DNA from: the human T2T-CHM13v2.0 reference genome, Homo sapiens
Direction: 5' to 3' (one strand)
NCBI RefSeq assembly: GCF_009914755.1
Contig: NC_060926.1
Length of the DNA stretch: 64,000 bases
The translations under genes and the position numbers were made by a program. Below the pieces are notes generated by a model that was given only the letters and a program-made list of their open reading frames with translations, searched no databases and was not told the DNA's origin. This document shows, one piece after another, positions 45,310-58,785 of the stretch. Numbering within the stretch: position 1 is the stretch's first letter; every line of letters starts with the position of its first letter.

Positions 45310-45835
45310 GAAAAAGACCATGTATACTGGCATTCAACAAATAAGTAAACGTATGGTTGATAACAGCCAGGTTGGTCACTCTTGGAAAGGGAGAGTTCCA
45401 GGCTAAAGTTAATCATGTGTTACTGGGTTATGGTCAGAGACATCAGTATATGCTGATGCTTAATTTAGTATAGATGAATATTTACAGAAATAATTACACA
45501 TATGTGTTTTTTATTGCCTCTTTCTGTTTGCCCAGGGTGTCTTGGAGCAAGCATAGCACAGTAGGAGTGAGCACACTCAGTACCCAGATCTTGGCTTCTA
45601 ATACCATTCTCTTAAAAAAAAATCATCTTTTTGAAGAAATGATTAATTCAGAAATGGGATAGGGAAAATGCAAGATAAAACTGGAGCGCCTTATAGTGCC
45701 AGAAAGTAAGGGAGTACTCAAAAAAATAATAATAAATAAATAAAAAGTTTAGGGCATAAAAATAGGACTCAGGAAAGCTCACAATGGTCAATGCTGGAAC
45801 AATTTAAGCAACAAAATAAATAACAGTATATCATG
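45310..45835 (+). mobile_element. L1MC/L1MD-type 3' UTR fragment
   Basis: 'gagcacactcagtacccagatcttggcttctaataccattctc...atagtgccagaaagtaaggg'. Confidence 0.6.
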
Positions 45836-45849
45836 CTGTTGTTGAATAA

Positions 45850-47438
45850 ATATACTATACATGTTAATCAGATCCATTAGATTGATAGTGATGTTCAGTT
45901 TAATTATAGTTGCTGATTTTCTGCCTGCTGGATCTATTACTGATACAAAGGTGTATATTTCCAACTATAAGAGTGGATTTGCCCGTCTCCTTTAAATTAT
46001 GTCAATTATTGTATAGTGTATCTTAGTGCTCTGTTGTGTTACACACATAGATTACTATTCCTCAAAATATTGATCCTTTCATCATCATATACTGTATCTT
46101 TTATCCTAGGTAATTTTTCTTGTTCCAAAGACTTCTTTGGATGAAATAAATATAACTACTCCAATTTCCTTCCTGGCATTCTCTGTATTTAATTGGGCAT
46201 TTTATGTGAATTTATCTTCTCTCCTCTTAGCATATAAATAAGTGTCTTTGAAATATTATTTTAGTGGTTGCCCGAGTGTGCAATATATATTTAAGACTAA
46301 TATTTAATACATCCACTTTCAAATAATGCTATACTACTTCACAGTAGTGCAAGTACCTTAAAACCAAGTATTCTCAAGTTATTTTCTGCCATTCTTTATA
46401 ATATTGCTGTCATTCATTTTACTTTTTCTTGAGCTATAATCAGAATAGATTTTTGCCATTTTTATTTGAACAGTTATTTATATAGCAAAGCAATTAAGAA
46501 TAAGAAAAACTAAAGATTTTATTTTACCTTGATTTATTTTTTCTCTGACACTTCATCACTCTCAATGTAGATCTGAGTTTCTGACCTATATCATTTTATT
46601 CACTGGATAAATAATTCTAGGATGGTATTTTTTTGTTGTTCTTTCAATAATTTAAATATTTTACTCCACTTCTTTGCTTTTAGTTTCTGAAGACAAGTCT
46701 CCTGTAATTCTCATCCTTATTCCTTTACAAGTAAGATTATTTTAAAAGCTCCAGGGTTTTTTCAAGAATTCCTCTTTGCCTTTATTTTCCTGTAGTTTGA
46801 ATATGATATTCTCAGTGTATAACTTTGCATTTATTCTGCTTTGTATTTTCTGTGGTTTCTGCATTTGTGGTTTGGTGTCTGTCATTAATTTTGGACAATT
46901 GCCAGCCATATTGCTTCAAATATTTCTTCTGTTCCTTTCTATCTTCTCCTTTGATTATTTCCATTAGGCATATATTAGACCTTTGAAATTGTTTCACAGT
47001 TCCTGTGTATTCTATGCCTGGTTGTATTGGTATTCTTTTTCTCTTTGCATATCAGTTTTGAAAGTTTCTTTTGACATACCTTCAAGCTCACTGATTCTTC
47101 CTCAGTCATGTCCGGAAGACTGGTGAGCCTGTCAAATGTCTTTAACTCCGTTATGGTGTTTATTATTTCTAGCATTTTCTTTTTATTTCCTGTTAGAGTT
47201 TTTTCCCCTCTGATAACATTACCCATTTGTTCTTGCATGTTATCTGCTTTTTCCTTTAGAGCCCTTAACATATTAATAATCATAGTTATTTTGAGTTATC
47301 TATTTGATAATTACAACACCTATATCATACCAGACCCTGATGCTTGTTTTGCCTCTTCAACCTGTGTTTCTTCTTGCCTTTTAAAGATTTCTTGCCTGTT
47401 TTCTTGTAACTTCTTGTTGAAAGTCAGACATATTGCCT
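45850..47438 (-). mobile_element. old L1M (ORF1 and inter-ORF region), antisense
   Basis: ORF1-like coiled coil 46975-47283 'MLRALKEKADNMQEQMGNV'. Confidence 0.75.
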
Positions 47439-48200
47439 GATATGGTTTGGCTCTGTCCCCACCCAGGAGAAATTCAAGCTGGCTGCAAAAATTTGCGTAA
47501 GTAATGAGGAGACAAATGTTAATCCCCAAGACAATGGGGGAAATGTCTCCAGGGCATGTCAGAGACCTTTGTGGGAGCCCTTCCCATCACAGGCTCAGAG
47601 GCCTAGGGGGGAAAAAATAGTTTTGTGGGTGGGGCACAGGGCCCCCCCTGCTGTGTGCAGCCTTGCGATTTGCTGCCCTGAGTCTCAACCACTCCAGTCA
47701 TGACTTAAAAAAGCCATGGTACAGCTCAGGCCATGACATCAGATGGTACAAGTCCCAGGCTTTGGCAGCTTCACAAAAGTCAAGAATTGAGGTTTGAGAA
47801 CCTCCACCCAGATTTCAGAGGATGTATGAAAATGCCTGGATGTTCAGGTAGAAGTTTGCTTCAGGGACAGGACCCTCATGGAAAACCTCTGCTAGGGTAG
47901 TACAGAAGGAAAATGTGGGGTTGAAGATCCCACACAGAGTCCCCCACTGGGGCACTGTCTAGTGGAGCTGTGAGAAGAAGGCCACTGTCCTCTAGAACCC
48001 AGAACAGCAGATCCACTGACAGCTTGCACCATGCACCTGGTAAAGTCTCAAACTCAATGCCAGACCATGAAAGCAGCCAGGAGGGAAGATGTACCCTGCA
48101 AAGCCACATGGACCGAGCTCCCCAAAACCATGAGAACCCACCTCTTGCATCAGCATGACCTGGATGTGAGACATGGAGTCAAAGCAAATCATTTTGGAAC
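47439..48200 (+). mobile_element. THE1/MST remnant: 27 bp LTR start fused to internal sequence
   Basis: tgatatggtttggctctgtccccaccca directly followed by 'ggagaaattcaagctggctgc...' MaLR-int. Confidence 0.85.
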
Positions 48201-48206
48201 TCAAAA

Positions 48207-48272
48207 TGATCTCAAGCAGTCTACCTGCCTCCCAAAGTGATAGGATTATTGGCATGAGCCACTGCACCTGGC
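48207..48272 (-). mobile_element. Alu 5' fragment
   Basis: 'cctgcctcccaaagtgataggattattggcatgagccactgcacctggc'. Confidence 0.8.
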
Positions 48273-49469
48273 ATGGGGCTATTTTAACATGGCTTTTTCC
48301 TTTTCTGAAGCATAAGAAAAGTTTCCTCCAATCTTTCTGAGAACCTAGTGGACTTCCTGAAGGTAACGAGCATACCTCAATACCATAAAAGCCATAAATA
48401 ACAGACTCACTCTCAATCCATCAGTATTTGAGGTATTCCCCTAAGACTAGGCCCCCAGGAACTTTTAATTCTGAAGCAAGTTCATACTCACCTCCTGTAG
48501 TCAATTACCATGTCAGTGTTCCTATCAATGACTGGCTCCCTCTGGTGAGCTCACCTCAGCTGTGATTCTCTGTATTCACCTGTATCTCCAGGTATCAGAA
48601 CCATGGTGTGCCCTGTGATTTCAATTCTTTGATGGATCTAAGAAAAGTTGTTGGTTTTCAGTTTGTTTAGTCTTTTCCTTGTGAGGGCAGGAGTGATGAC
48701 TCCCAAAGTCTTTGTGTGTCAGAGCTGAAAACATAAATCCTGATTACTTTTTATTAGTAAATGAAAAATGCTTTGTAGCTTCCCTGACAACACTAATACT
48801 CTACACTCGAAATGTAAAATACATGAATGAGGCCTTTTCTTACAAATTCTTGATCTTTTTCCACCTTAATCTAAGATGAGATAGATAAGATTTTTTGCTC
48901 TCCTTTTCTTGGCTGAAACATACGCTCTAGCTTTGTTCTCTAAGTGTGTTATTTTTTACAATCCTCGTTTTATTCAGAGTTCTTAATTCCAATATCTTAT
49001 GTTGTTCTAGCCCAGGGCCTATCTTTATCCTCTGGAAGTAACAAAGAGCAGCAAAAGCTCTCAGTTATCTGGTTGTTGCACCAAGTGATCACTCTGGTTT
49101 TCTGTTTCTACTTCACTCTTGGCCCCTTGCATTGTTTCAAGTTCAAATGAGAATTTAAAAGCTTGTTATATTTTTTATTTTAAAAAATCGTGTATTTTTA
49201 TTTGCAAGCATGTTTTCACTTTTTATCTGTTTACTTGTTTTGGATATCTAGTCTAAAAGGTCTTTTCTAGTTCATAACTGTATTGTGGAAAGTTCAGACC
49301 ATAAAATAAGTGGTCCCTGTGTCAAAGATGTATAGCTATCATTGTACATAAATGGGAGTAGTTATTTACTCTGTGTATCAGGAACATAGAATGTAAGAAT
49401 GAGTCAAATTTCCTAAGATAAATTCCATTTTCTTTCAAATGTTTCTATGAAAAAAAAAAAGACAAATTT

Positions 49470-49850
49470 AAAAGTATGTCTAGAAAAACAAAGTGCTAGT
49501 GTGGTAAGAGAGCAGAGTGAAGAGAGAGTGCTTAAATATGCCTTGTTATGGTGAACATTGTTGGGGGATGTGTGCAGGAAAACCAAATGGAAAAGGTGAC
49601 AATTGAGCAGAAACATGAAGAGTAACTAGAAATGATCTGAATCTAAAAGGCTAGGTAAAATTTTCCAATAATCAGAACCAACATATACATAGGCAACTAG
49701 GGAAAGTAAATGAGTTTCAGTGTGGCTAGAATGCTGTATTGGTGGGTAATGAGTGTCAATAAGAAATATGTGAGTCAGTCTACATGATGCCTTTTGTGCT
49801 AAGATGGGTCAAGATTGCATTTTCAAGATAAAATAGGAAATGTTGAAGTA
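49470..49850 (-). mobile_element. L2 fragment (appears to resume at ~62765-62849)
   Basis: purine-rich L2 antisense motifs 'aaggtgacaattgagcagaaacatgaag', 'gtgtggctagaatg'; continuation 'ttaagcagaggatcaggagcatg'. Confidence 0.55.
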
Positions 49851-50334
49851 TTTTATTTTATTTATAAAATTGTTATGGGTACATATTAGATGTATATAAA
49901 TAGAGGATATATGAAGTATTGTGATACAGGCATATAGTGCATAATAATCCATCAGTGTAAATGGAGTATCCATCACCTCAAGCATTTTTCATTTCTTTTT
50001 GTTACAAACATTCCAATTATACTTTTATTTATTTTAAAATGTACAATTAAATTATTATTGACTATAGTCACCCTGATTAAATACTACATCTTATTCATTA
50101 TTTCTAACTATTTGTTGTACCCATTAGCCATTCCCACTCCCCTGCTTCAACACACCCTCACTATGCTTCTAGCCTCTGGTAACTATCACTCTATTCTCTA
50201 TCTTCATGAAAAAATTATTTTAATTTTTAGCTCCCACAAATAAGTGAGAAGTTGTGAAGTTTGTCTTTCTATGCCTGGCTTATTTCATGTAACATAATGA
50301 TTTCCAGTTTCACCCATGTTGTTGCAAATGGTAA

Positions 50335-50700
<366 letters not shown>

Positions 50701-52117
50701 ACATTTTCTTTATCCATTTGTCTGTTTATGGACACATAGCTTGTTTCCAAATCTTCAGTGTTGTGAATAGTGCTGCAATAAACATGACAGTGCAGACATC
50801 TCTTCAGTATACTAATTTATTTTCTTGTGGGTATATACCTGGGATTGCTGCTCTTGTATTAGTTTTTGGAGGAACCTCCAAACTCTTCTGCATAGCGATC
50901 GTACTAATTGACTTTCCCACCAACAGATAGGGGTGTAGTACAAGGATTTCCTTTTCTTCACATCCTTGCCAGCATTTGTGGTTTCCTGTCTAGTGGATAA
51001 AAGCAATTTTAACTGGGGTGAGATGAATCTTATCGTAGTTTTGATTTTCATTTCTCTGATGATTAATGATGTTGAGCACCATTTCATATACCTGTTTGCC
51101 GTTTGCATGTCTTCTTTTGGGAAATGTCTATTCAGATCTTTTGTCCATTTTTAATAGGTTTATTATATTTTTCCTATTGAGTTTTTTGAGCTCCTTATAT
51201 ATTCTGATCTTTAATCCCTTGTCTGATGGATAGTTTGTACACATTTTCTCCCATATTGTGCATTGTGTCTTCACTTTGTTGTTTGCTGTGCAGAAGCTTT
51301 TTAACTTGGTGTCACCTCAGTTGTTCATTTTTGCTTTGGTTTCATGTGCTTTTGGGGTATTACTCAAGAAATCTTTGCCTGGACCAATGTACTAGAGATT
51401 TTCCAGCATGTTTTATGTCTTAGATTTTAGTTTTTAGTCCATTTTGATTTGATTTTTGATATAGTGAGAGATAGAAGTCTAGTTTCATTTTTTTGCATAT
51501 GGATATCCAGGTTTTCCAGCACCATTTATTGAAGAGACAGTACTTTCCCTGATGTATGTTCTTGGCACCTTTGTTGAAAATGAGTTCACTGTAGATGTAT
51601 GAATTTGTTTCTGGGTTCTCTATTCTGTTCCACTGACCTATGTGTCTGTCTATATGTCAGTACTATACTGTTTTGGTTACTGTAGTTCTGTAGTACAATT
51701 TGAAGTCAGGTAATGTGATTCCTCCAGTTTTGTTCTTTTGCTCAGAATGGTTCTGGTTATTCCATGTCTTCTGTGGTTCCATATAAATTTGAGGATTTTT
51801 TTTCTCTTTCTGTGAAGAATGTCATTGGTATTTTGATAGAGACTGCGTTGAATTTGTAGATTGCTTTTAGTATGGACATTGGAACAATATTTTTCCAATC
51901 CAGGAACATGAAGTATTTTTCCATATTTTTGTGTATCCTCCATAATTTCTTACATCAATGTTTTATGCTTTTCATTGAAGAGATCTTTCACTTCTTTGGT
52001 TTAAGTTTATTCCTAGGTTTTTAATTTTATTTGTGACTATTGTAAATGGGATTACTTTCTTGATTTCTGTTTTAGATTGTTTGCCATTGGCATTTAAAAT
52101 TGTTATTGATTTTTTAG

Positions 52118-52461
<344 letters not shown>

Positions 52462-52991
52462 TTATATGTTGATTTTGTATCCTGTAACTTTACTAAATTT
52501 GTTTATCAGCTCTAGTAGTTTTTTGGTGGAGTCTTGAAGTTTTTCCAAATATAAGATCATATCATCTGCAAGCAATGATAATTTCACTTCCCCCTTTCCA
52601 ATTTGGATGACCTTTATTTCTTACTCTTGACTGACTGCTCTAGCTAGGACTTGTAGTACTCTGTTTAATAACAGTAGAGACAGTGGGCATCCTTGTTTTC
52701 CAGATCTCAGAGGAAAGGCTTTCAGTTTTTCCCCATTCAGTATGATACTAGCTGGGAGTCTGTTGTTTATGGCTTTTATTGTGTTGAGGTATGTTCCTTC
52801 TATACCTAGTTTTTTAAGGGTTTTTATCATGAAGGGATGTTAAACTTTATCAAATGTTTTTTCAGCACCAAATGAGATGATCATATTGTTTTCATCCTTT
52901 ATTCTGTTGATACAATGCATCACATTAATTGATATGCATATGTTAAACTATCCTTGCATCCCTGGGATGATGCCCACTTGGTCATGATGGT

Positions 52992-55900
52992 CTTGTTTTT
53001 TTCTTTTTGTTTTGGATTTTAGGTTCAGGAGTACATGTGCAACTTTGTTCTATAGGCAAACTCATGTAATAGGGATTTGGTTTATAGATTATTTCATCAC
53101 CCAGTTACTAAGCATAGTACCCAAAAGTCGTTTTTTCTAATCCACTCCCTCCTTCCAATTTCCACCCTCAAGTAGGCCCCAGTATCTGTTGTTCCCTATT
53201 TGTGGCCATATGTTCTCTTTATTTACCTCCCACATATAAGTGAGAACGTGTGGTATTTGGTTTTCTGTTCCTGCATTAGTTTGCTAAAGATAATGGCTAC
53301 CAGCTCCATGCACATTCTTGCAAATGACATAAGCTCATTCCTTTTTTATGAATGTATACTATTCCATTGTGTATATATACCACATTTTTTTACCCAGTCT
53401 ATTACTGATGGGCATTTAATTTGATTCCATGTCTTTGCTATTGTGAGTAGTGCTGCAAAGTACTTATGTGTGCATGTGTCTTTATGGTAGAGCAATCTAT
53501 ATTCCTTTGGGCATATACCCATTAATGGGGTTGCTGGGTTGAATGGTAGTCCTGTTTCTAGCTCTTTGAGAAATTGCCACACAGCTTTCCACCATGGTTG
53601 AACTAATTTACTTTCCTATTAGCAGCGTATAAGCCTTCCCTTTTCTTCATAACCTCACAGCATCTGTTATTTTTTGACTTTTTATAAATAGCCACTTTAA
53701 CTGGTGTGAGATGAGTACCTCATTGTAATTTTGATTTGCATTTCTCTCATGATTAGTGATGTTGAGCATTTTTTCATATGCTTGTTGGCTGCATGTATGT
53801 CTTCTTTTGAAAAGTGTCTGTTGATGCTATTTGCTTACTTTTTAAAGGAGTTGTTTGGTTTTATTTCTTGTAAATTTGTTTAAGTTCCTTATAGATGCTG
53901 GATATTATATCTCTGACAGATACATAGCTTGTAAAAATTTTCTCCCATTCTTCCATTTGTCTATTTTCCCTGTTGATAGTTTTTTTTCCCCTTGTGCAGA
54001 AGTCTTTAGTTTTATTAGATCCCAATAGTCAATTTTTGGTTTTGTTGCAATTGTTTTTAGCATCTTTGTCCTGAAATATTTGTGAGTTCCTATGTCCAGT
54101 ATAATATTCCCTAGGTTATCTTTCAGGGCTTTCATAGTTTTTGGTTTTACACTGAAGTCTTTAACGTGTCTTGAGCTGATTTTCATATATGGTATGAGGA
54201 AAGGGTCCAGTTTCAATCTACTGCATATGGCTACCCAGTTATCCCAACACCATTTACTGACTAGAGAATTCTTTCCCCCTTGCTTGTTTTTGTCAACTTT
54301 GTTGAAGATCAAATGGTTGTAGGTGTGCAACCTTATTACTAGCATCTCTGTTCTGGTCCATTGTTCTATGTGTCTGTTTTTGTACCAGTACCATGCTGTG
54401 TTGATTACTGTAGCCCTGTAGTATAGTTTGAAGTCAGGTAACATAACGGCTCCAGCATGGTTCTTTTTGCTTAGGCTTGCCTTGGCTACTCACGTTCTTT
54501 TTCTGGTTTCATATAAATTTTTGAATAGTTTTTCTTCTGGTTCTGTAAGAATGTAATTGGGTAGTTAGATAGGAATAGCATTGAATCTCTAAGTTGCTTT
54601 GGGCCATATGGGCATTTTACCAATATTACTCTTCCTATCCATGAACACAGAATGTTTTTCCATTTGTTTGTGTCATCTCTTATTTCTTTAATCAATGTCT
54701 TGTAATTCTCAGTGTAGAGATTTTTCACTTCCCTGGTTAGCTGTATTCCTAGGTATTTTGTTCTTTTTGTGGCAATTGTGAATGAGATTGCTTTCCTGAT
54801 ATGGCACTCAGCCAGGATATTGTTGGTGTGTAGAAATTCTAGTGTTTTTGCACATTGATTTTGTATTTGGAAACTCTGCGGAAGTTGTTTATCAGCTCAA
54901 GCATCTCTTGGGCAGAGACTATGGTGTTTCCTAGACATAGAATCATGTTGTGTGCAAACACGGATAGTTTGACTTCCTCTCATGGATATCTTTAATTTCT
55001 TTCTCTTGCCTAATTGCTCTGGCCAGGATTTCCAATACTGTGTTGAATATGAGTGGTGAAAGAAGGCATCTTTATCTTGTTCTAGTTTTCAAGGGGTAAT
55101 GCTTTCAGGTTTTACCCATTCATTATGATGTTGGCTGTGAGTTTTTCATAGACGACTCTTATTATTTTGAAGTGGTTCCTTCAATACCTAGTTTCTTGAG
55201 GGATTTTAACAGCAAGGAATGTGAATTTTATTAAGCACCTCTTTTGAATCTATTGATATAATCATGTGGTTTTTGTATTTAGTTCTGTTTACATAATGAA
55301 TCACATTTATGGGTTTGTGCATGTTGAACCAGACTTGCATCCCAGAAATAAAGCCTATTCAATTGTGATAGATAAGCTTTTGGATGTGCTGCTGGATTTG
55401 ATTTACCAGTATTTCTTAAGTATTTTTGCATCTGTATTCATCAAGATTATTGGACTGAAGTTTTCTTTTTTGGTTGTGTATCTGCCAGGTTTTGATATCA
55501 GGATGATGCTGGCCAGATAGAATGAGTTGGGAAGGAGTCTTTCCTCTTGCATTTTTTGGCATTGTTTCAATAGGAATGGTACCAGCTCTTCTTTGTACCT
55601 CTAGTAGAATATGGCTGTGAATCTATCTGGTCCTGGACTTTTTTTTTTTTTTTTTTTGGTTGTTTGATAGGCTGTTTATTATTTATTCAATTTCAGAGCT
55701 TGTTACTGGTCTGTTCAGGGATTCAATTTCTTCCTGGTTCAGTCTTCAGAGGGTGTATGCATGCAGGAATTTATTCATTTCTTCTAGATTTTCTAGTTTG
55801 TGTGCATGGAGGTATTTATAGTAGTCTGTGGTGGATATTTGTATTTCTTTGGGGTCAGTGGTAATTTCCCATTTGTCATTTCTAACTTTGTTTATTTGGA

Positions 55901-58785
55901 TCTTCTTTCTTTTTTTCTTTATTAGTCTAGCTAGCAGCCTATCAATCTTATTAATTTTTTGAAAAAAAAACAAATTTTAGATTTGTTGATATTTTCTAGC
56001 ATTTTTCATGGCTCGATCTCCTTCAGTTCAGCTCTGTTCTTGGTTATTTATTGTCATCTGCTACCTTTTGGCTTGCTTTGCTTCTGTTTCTCTAGTTCTT
56101 CTATTTGTGGTGTTAGGTTGCTAATTTGAGATCTTTCTAATTTTTTGATATGGGCATTTAGTGCTATAAATTTCCCTCTTAAAACTATCTTAGCCGTGCC
56201 CTGGAGATTCTTGTATGTTGTATCTTTGTTCTCATTATCTATCTAATACTATCAGTGTGGTGTTGAAGTCTCCTACTATTATTATGTGGGAATCTATATC
56301 TCTTCATAGATCATGAAGGACTTTCTTTATGAATCTGGGTGCTCCTGTGTTGGGTACATATATATTTAGGATAGTTAGGTCTTCTTGTTTAATTGAACTC
56401 TTTACCATTATGTAACAACTTTCTTTGTATTTTTTTATCTTTGTTGGTTTAAAGTCTGGTTTTTTTTTTTTTTGAATTTTTTTTCTTTTAGGATGTTGAA
56501 TATAGCCCCCAGTGTCTTCTGGCATATAGAGTTTCTGCTGAAAGTTCTGCTGTTAGCCTGATGGGTACGCCCTTTGTAGGTAACCTGCCCTTTCTCTCTA
56601 GCTGCCTTTAACACTTTTTCTTTTATTTTGACCTTGGAGAATATGAAGATTATGTGTCTTGAGGATGATCTTGCATAGTGTCTTGCAGGGGTTCTCTGTA
56701 TTATCTGAATTTGAATGTTAGTCTTTCCAGTGAACTAGAAAACTCTTGAGAATGTTCTCATGAACGATATCCTCAGATACATTTTTCAAGTTGCTTGCTT
56801 TCTCCCCATCTCTTTCAAGGACACCAATAATTTGTAGATTTGGCCTTTTTACAGAATCCCATATTTCTTGGAGGTTTTGTTCATTTCTATTCATTCTTTT
56901 TTTTCTTTGTGTCTGACTGTATTATTTCAGAAATCCAGTCCTCAAGCTCTGAGATACTTTCCTCTGCATGGTCTATTCTGCTATTAATACTTGTGATTGC
57001 ATTAGGAAATTTTTGTAGTGTATTTTTTAGCTCTATCAGGTCTGTTAGTTTTTTTATAGTAGCTATTTTGTTTGTCAGCTGCTGTATCATTTTATTGTGA
57101 TTCATAGATTCTTTGGATTGGTTTTGGATGTACTCTTGAATCTCACTGATCTTTATTTCTATCCATATTCTGAATTCTATTTCTGTCATTTTAGCTATAT
57201 CTGCCTGGTTAGCAACCCTTTCTGGAGAACTGATGTAGTCATTTGGAGGACAGAAGAAGTCTGGCCTTTTGAGTTTTTGTATTGTTTTTTTCTCTTCTGC
57301 ATGTTTGGGTGTTCGTTTAACTGCAGTGTAAATCAGGTACAGTGAGTAGGCTTCTTTTGCGGATGTTTTCAGAGGCCTGAGGCTTTATGCAAAGTCTTTA
57401 TTTGTAGCTGACTTCTTGTCATTGGTTTCACTGAGAACTGTGTTAGTGAAGTATTTTTGGTGTTGAAGTTGTGGGGTGTGATCCAGTAGGTGGCACTTAA
57501 GCATAATGGTCAGTAGATAGGCTCTTGCTCAGTTATATGGCTCTTCTGTATTTCCTCACAGTTGCACTTCTGCTCTCTCTTAAAGGTCTGAATGTGTGGG
57601 CTACTCCCCCACTTGAGTGCTGGCTGCAGATTACTACTTTAGTACTCCTGGGCTACACAGCGCAGTTGTGAGGTGATGTCAGGGTTTCTGTTCCCTCCCC
57701 AAATTGGAGGCAGCACAGGAAGGGGCTTTAGCAGTGGTTGTGCCCCAGAAAGATGCAGAGCTGCAATCAGTCAGTATGATTGGCCTGGGATGGTGGGCTG
57801 CACTGTGGGTCCCAGCTAGGTAGTGGGGAGCAGGTGCCTGGTAATGGGCAGTGGGGTGGGACCTGTGAGAGACAGGCCTTTTTTCCTTAGGGAAACTGCA
57901 GCTTGCTGGAAGGGTGGATAAGGAACTTAGAGTCTTGGTTCTTTGCCCAGTGGGAGGGAAGCAGGGGCAGTACCACTGCAGAGGCAGTGGCCAAGGGGCT
58001 TTCAGTTGCCCCTTGGAGCTCCACCTCCAAGAAACACAGTCACTGGTACTGAAAGTATTCAGCTAGAGGGCAGGGCAGCTGCACTGCTAGCCTGAGCTGG
58101 GAGGTCAGCTTGATAAGGGGGGTGGGGCTTGACGGCTCCAGGAAGAAAAACTGGTCTCTCCTCTTTATGGTGACTGTGGCATGCTGTATGCTTGGTGTAG
58201 CCCTCAGGCTCTTTATTTCTTCCCCAGACTGAGGGCAGCAGGGGCAAAACTGCTGCTGTGGCAGTGGCAGAGGGGCTACTGATTGCCTCTGGGAGCCTCT
58301 CCCCAGGGAAACTCAGAATCACTACCATTGGGTATGCTCAGCTGTGGGTGGGGTAGCTGTTCTGTGGTTCTGAACCAGGATTCCTGCTTGATAAAGAGTG
58401 GGGGATGGGCATTCCCAGGGTAGAGGGACTGTATTGGTCTCTGTATGGTGGTTGCTGTGTGCTGGAGGTGCTAGTGACTAGGTTCTTTGTTTCTTCCACA
58501 GCTTGAGGGCAGTTATGGCAGTACCACTGCAGCTGCAGTGGCAGGGGAGTTGTGGGTTGACTCTAGGATTTCCTCCTTAGAGAAATGTGGAGCTGCCTCT
58601 GATTGAAGTGATCAGTTGGTAGCAGAGTGGTTGTGCTGGAGTCCCAGGTTGGGTGGCCCTGCCCGTGAGATGTGAGGACAGGAAACTGTATGGAAGGCAA
58701 TTTGGCCCCTTTTCCATCGGGTGACTGCACTGTGCTAAAGGTCTGTGCCAGTCCCTAGTCACCTCTCCAGAACCTGTAGGCAACA
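52992..58785 (-). mobile_element. L1PA13-16-like element, near full length with internal deletions, nested in the L1MA
   Basis: 3' UTR at 52992-53350; ORF2 53905-54444 '[20 protein letters not shown]'; ORF1 56887-57189; GC-richer 5' UTR 57300-58785. Confidence 0.9.
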
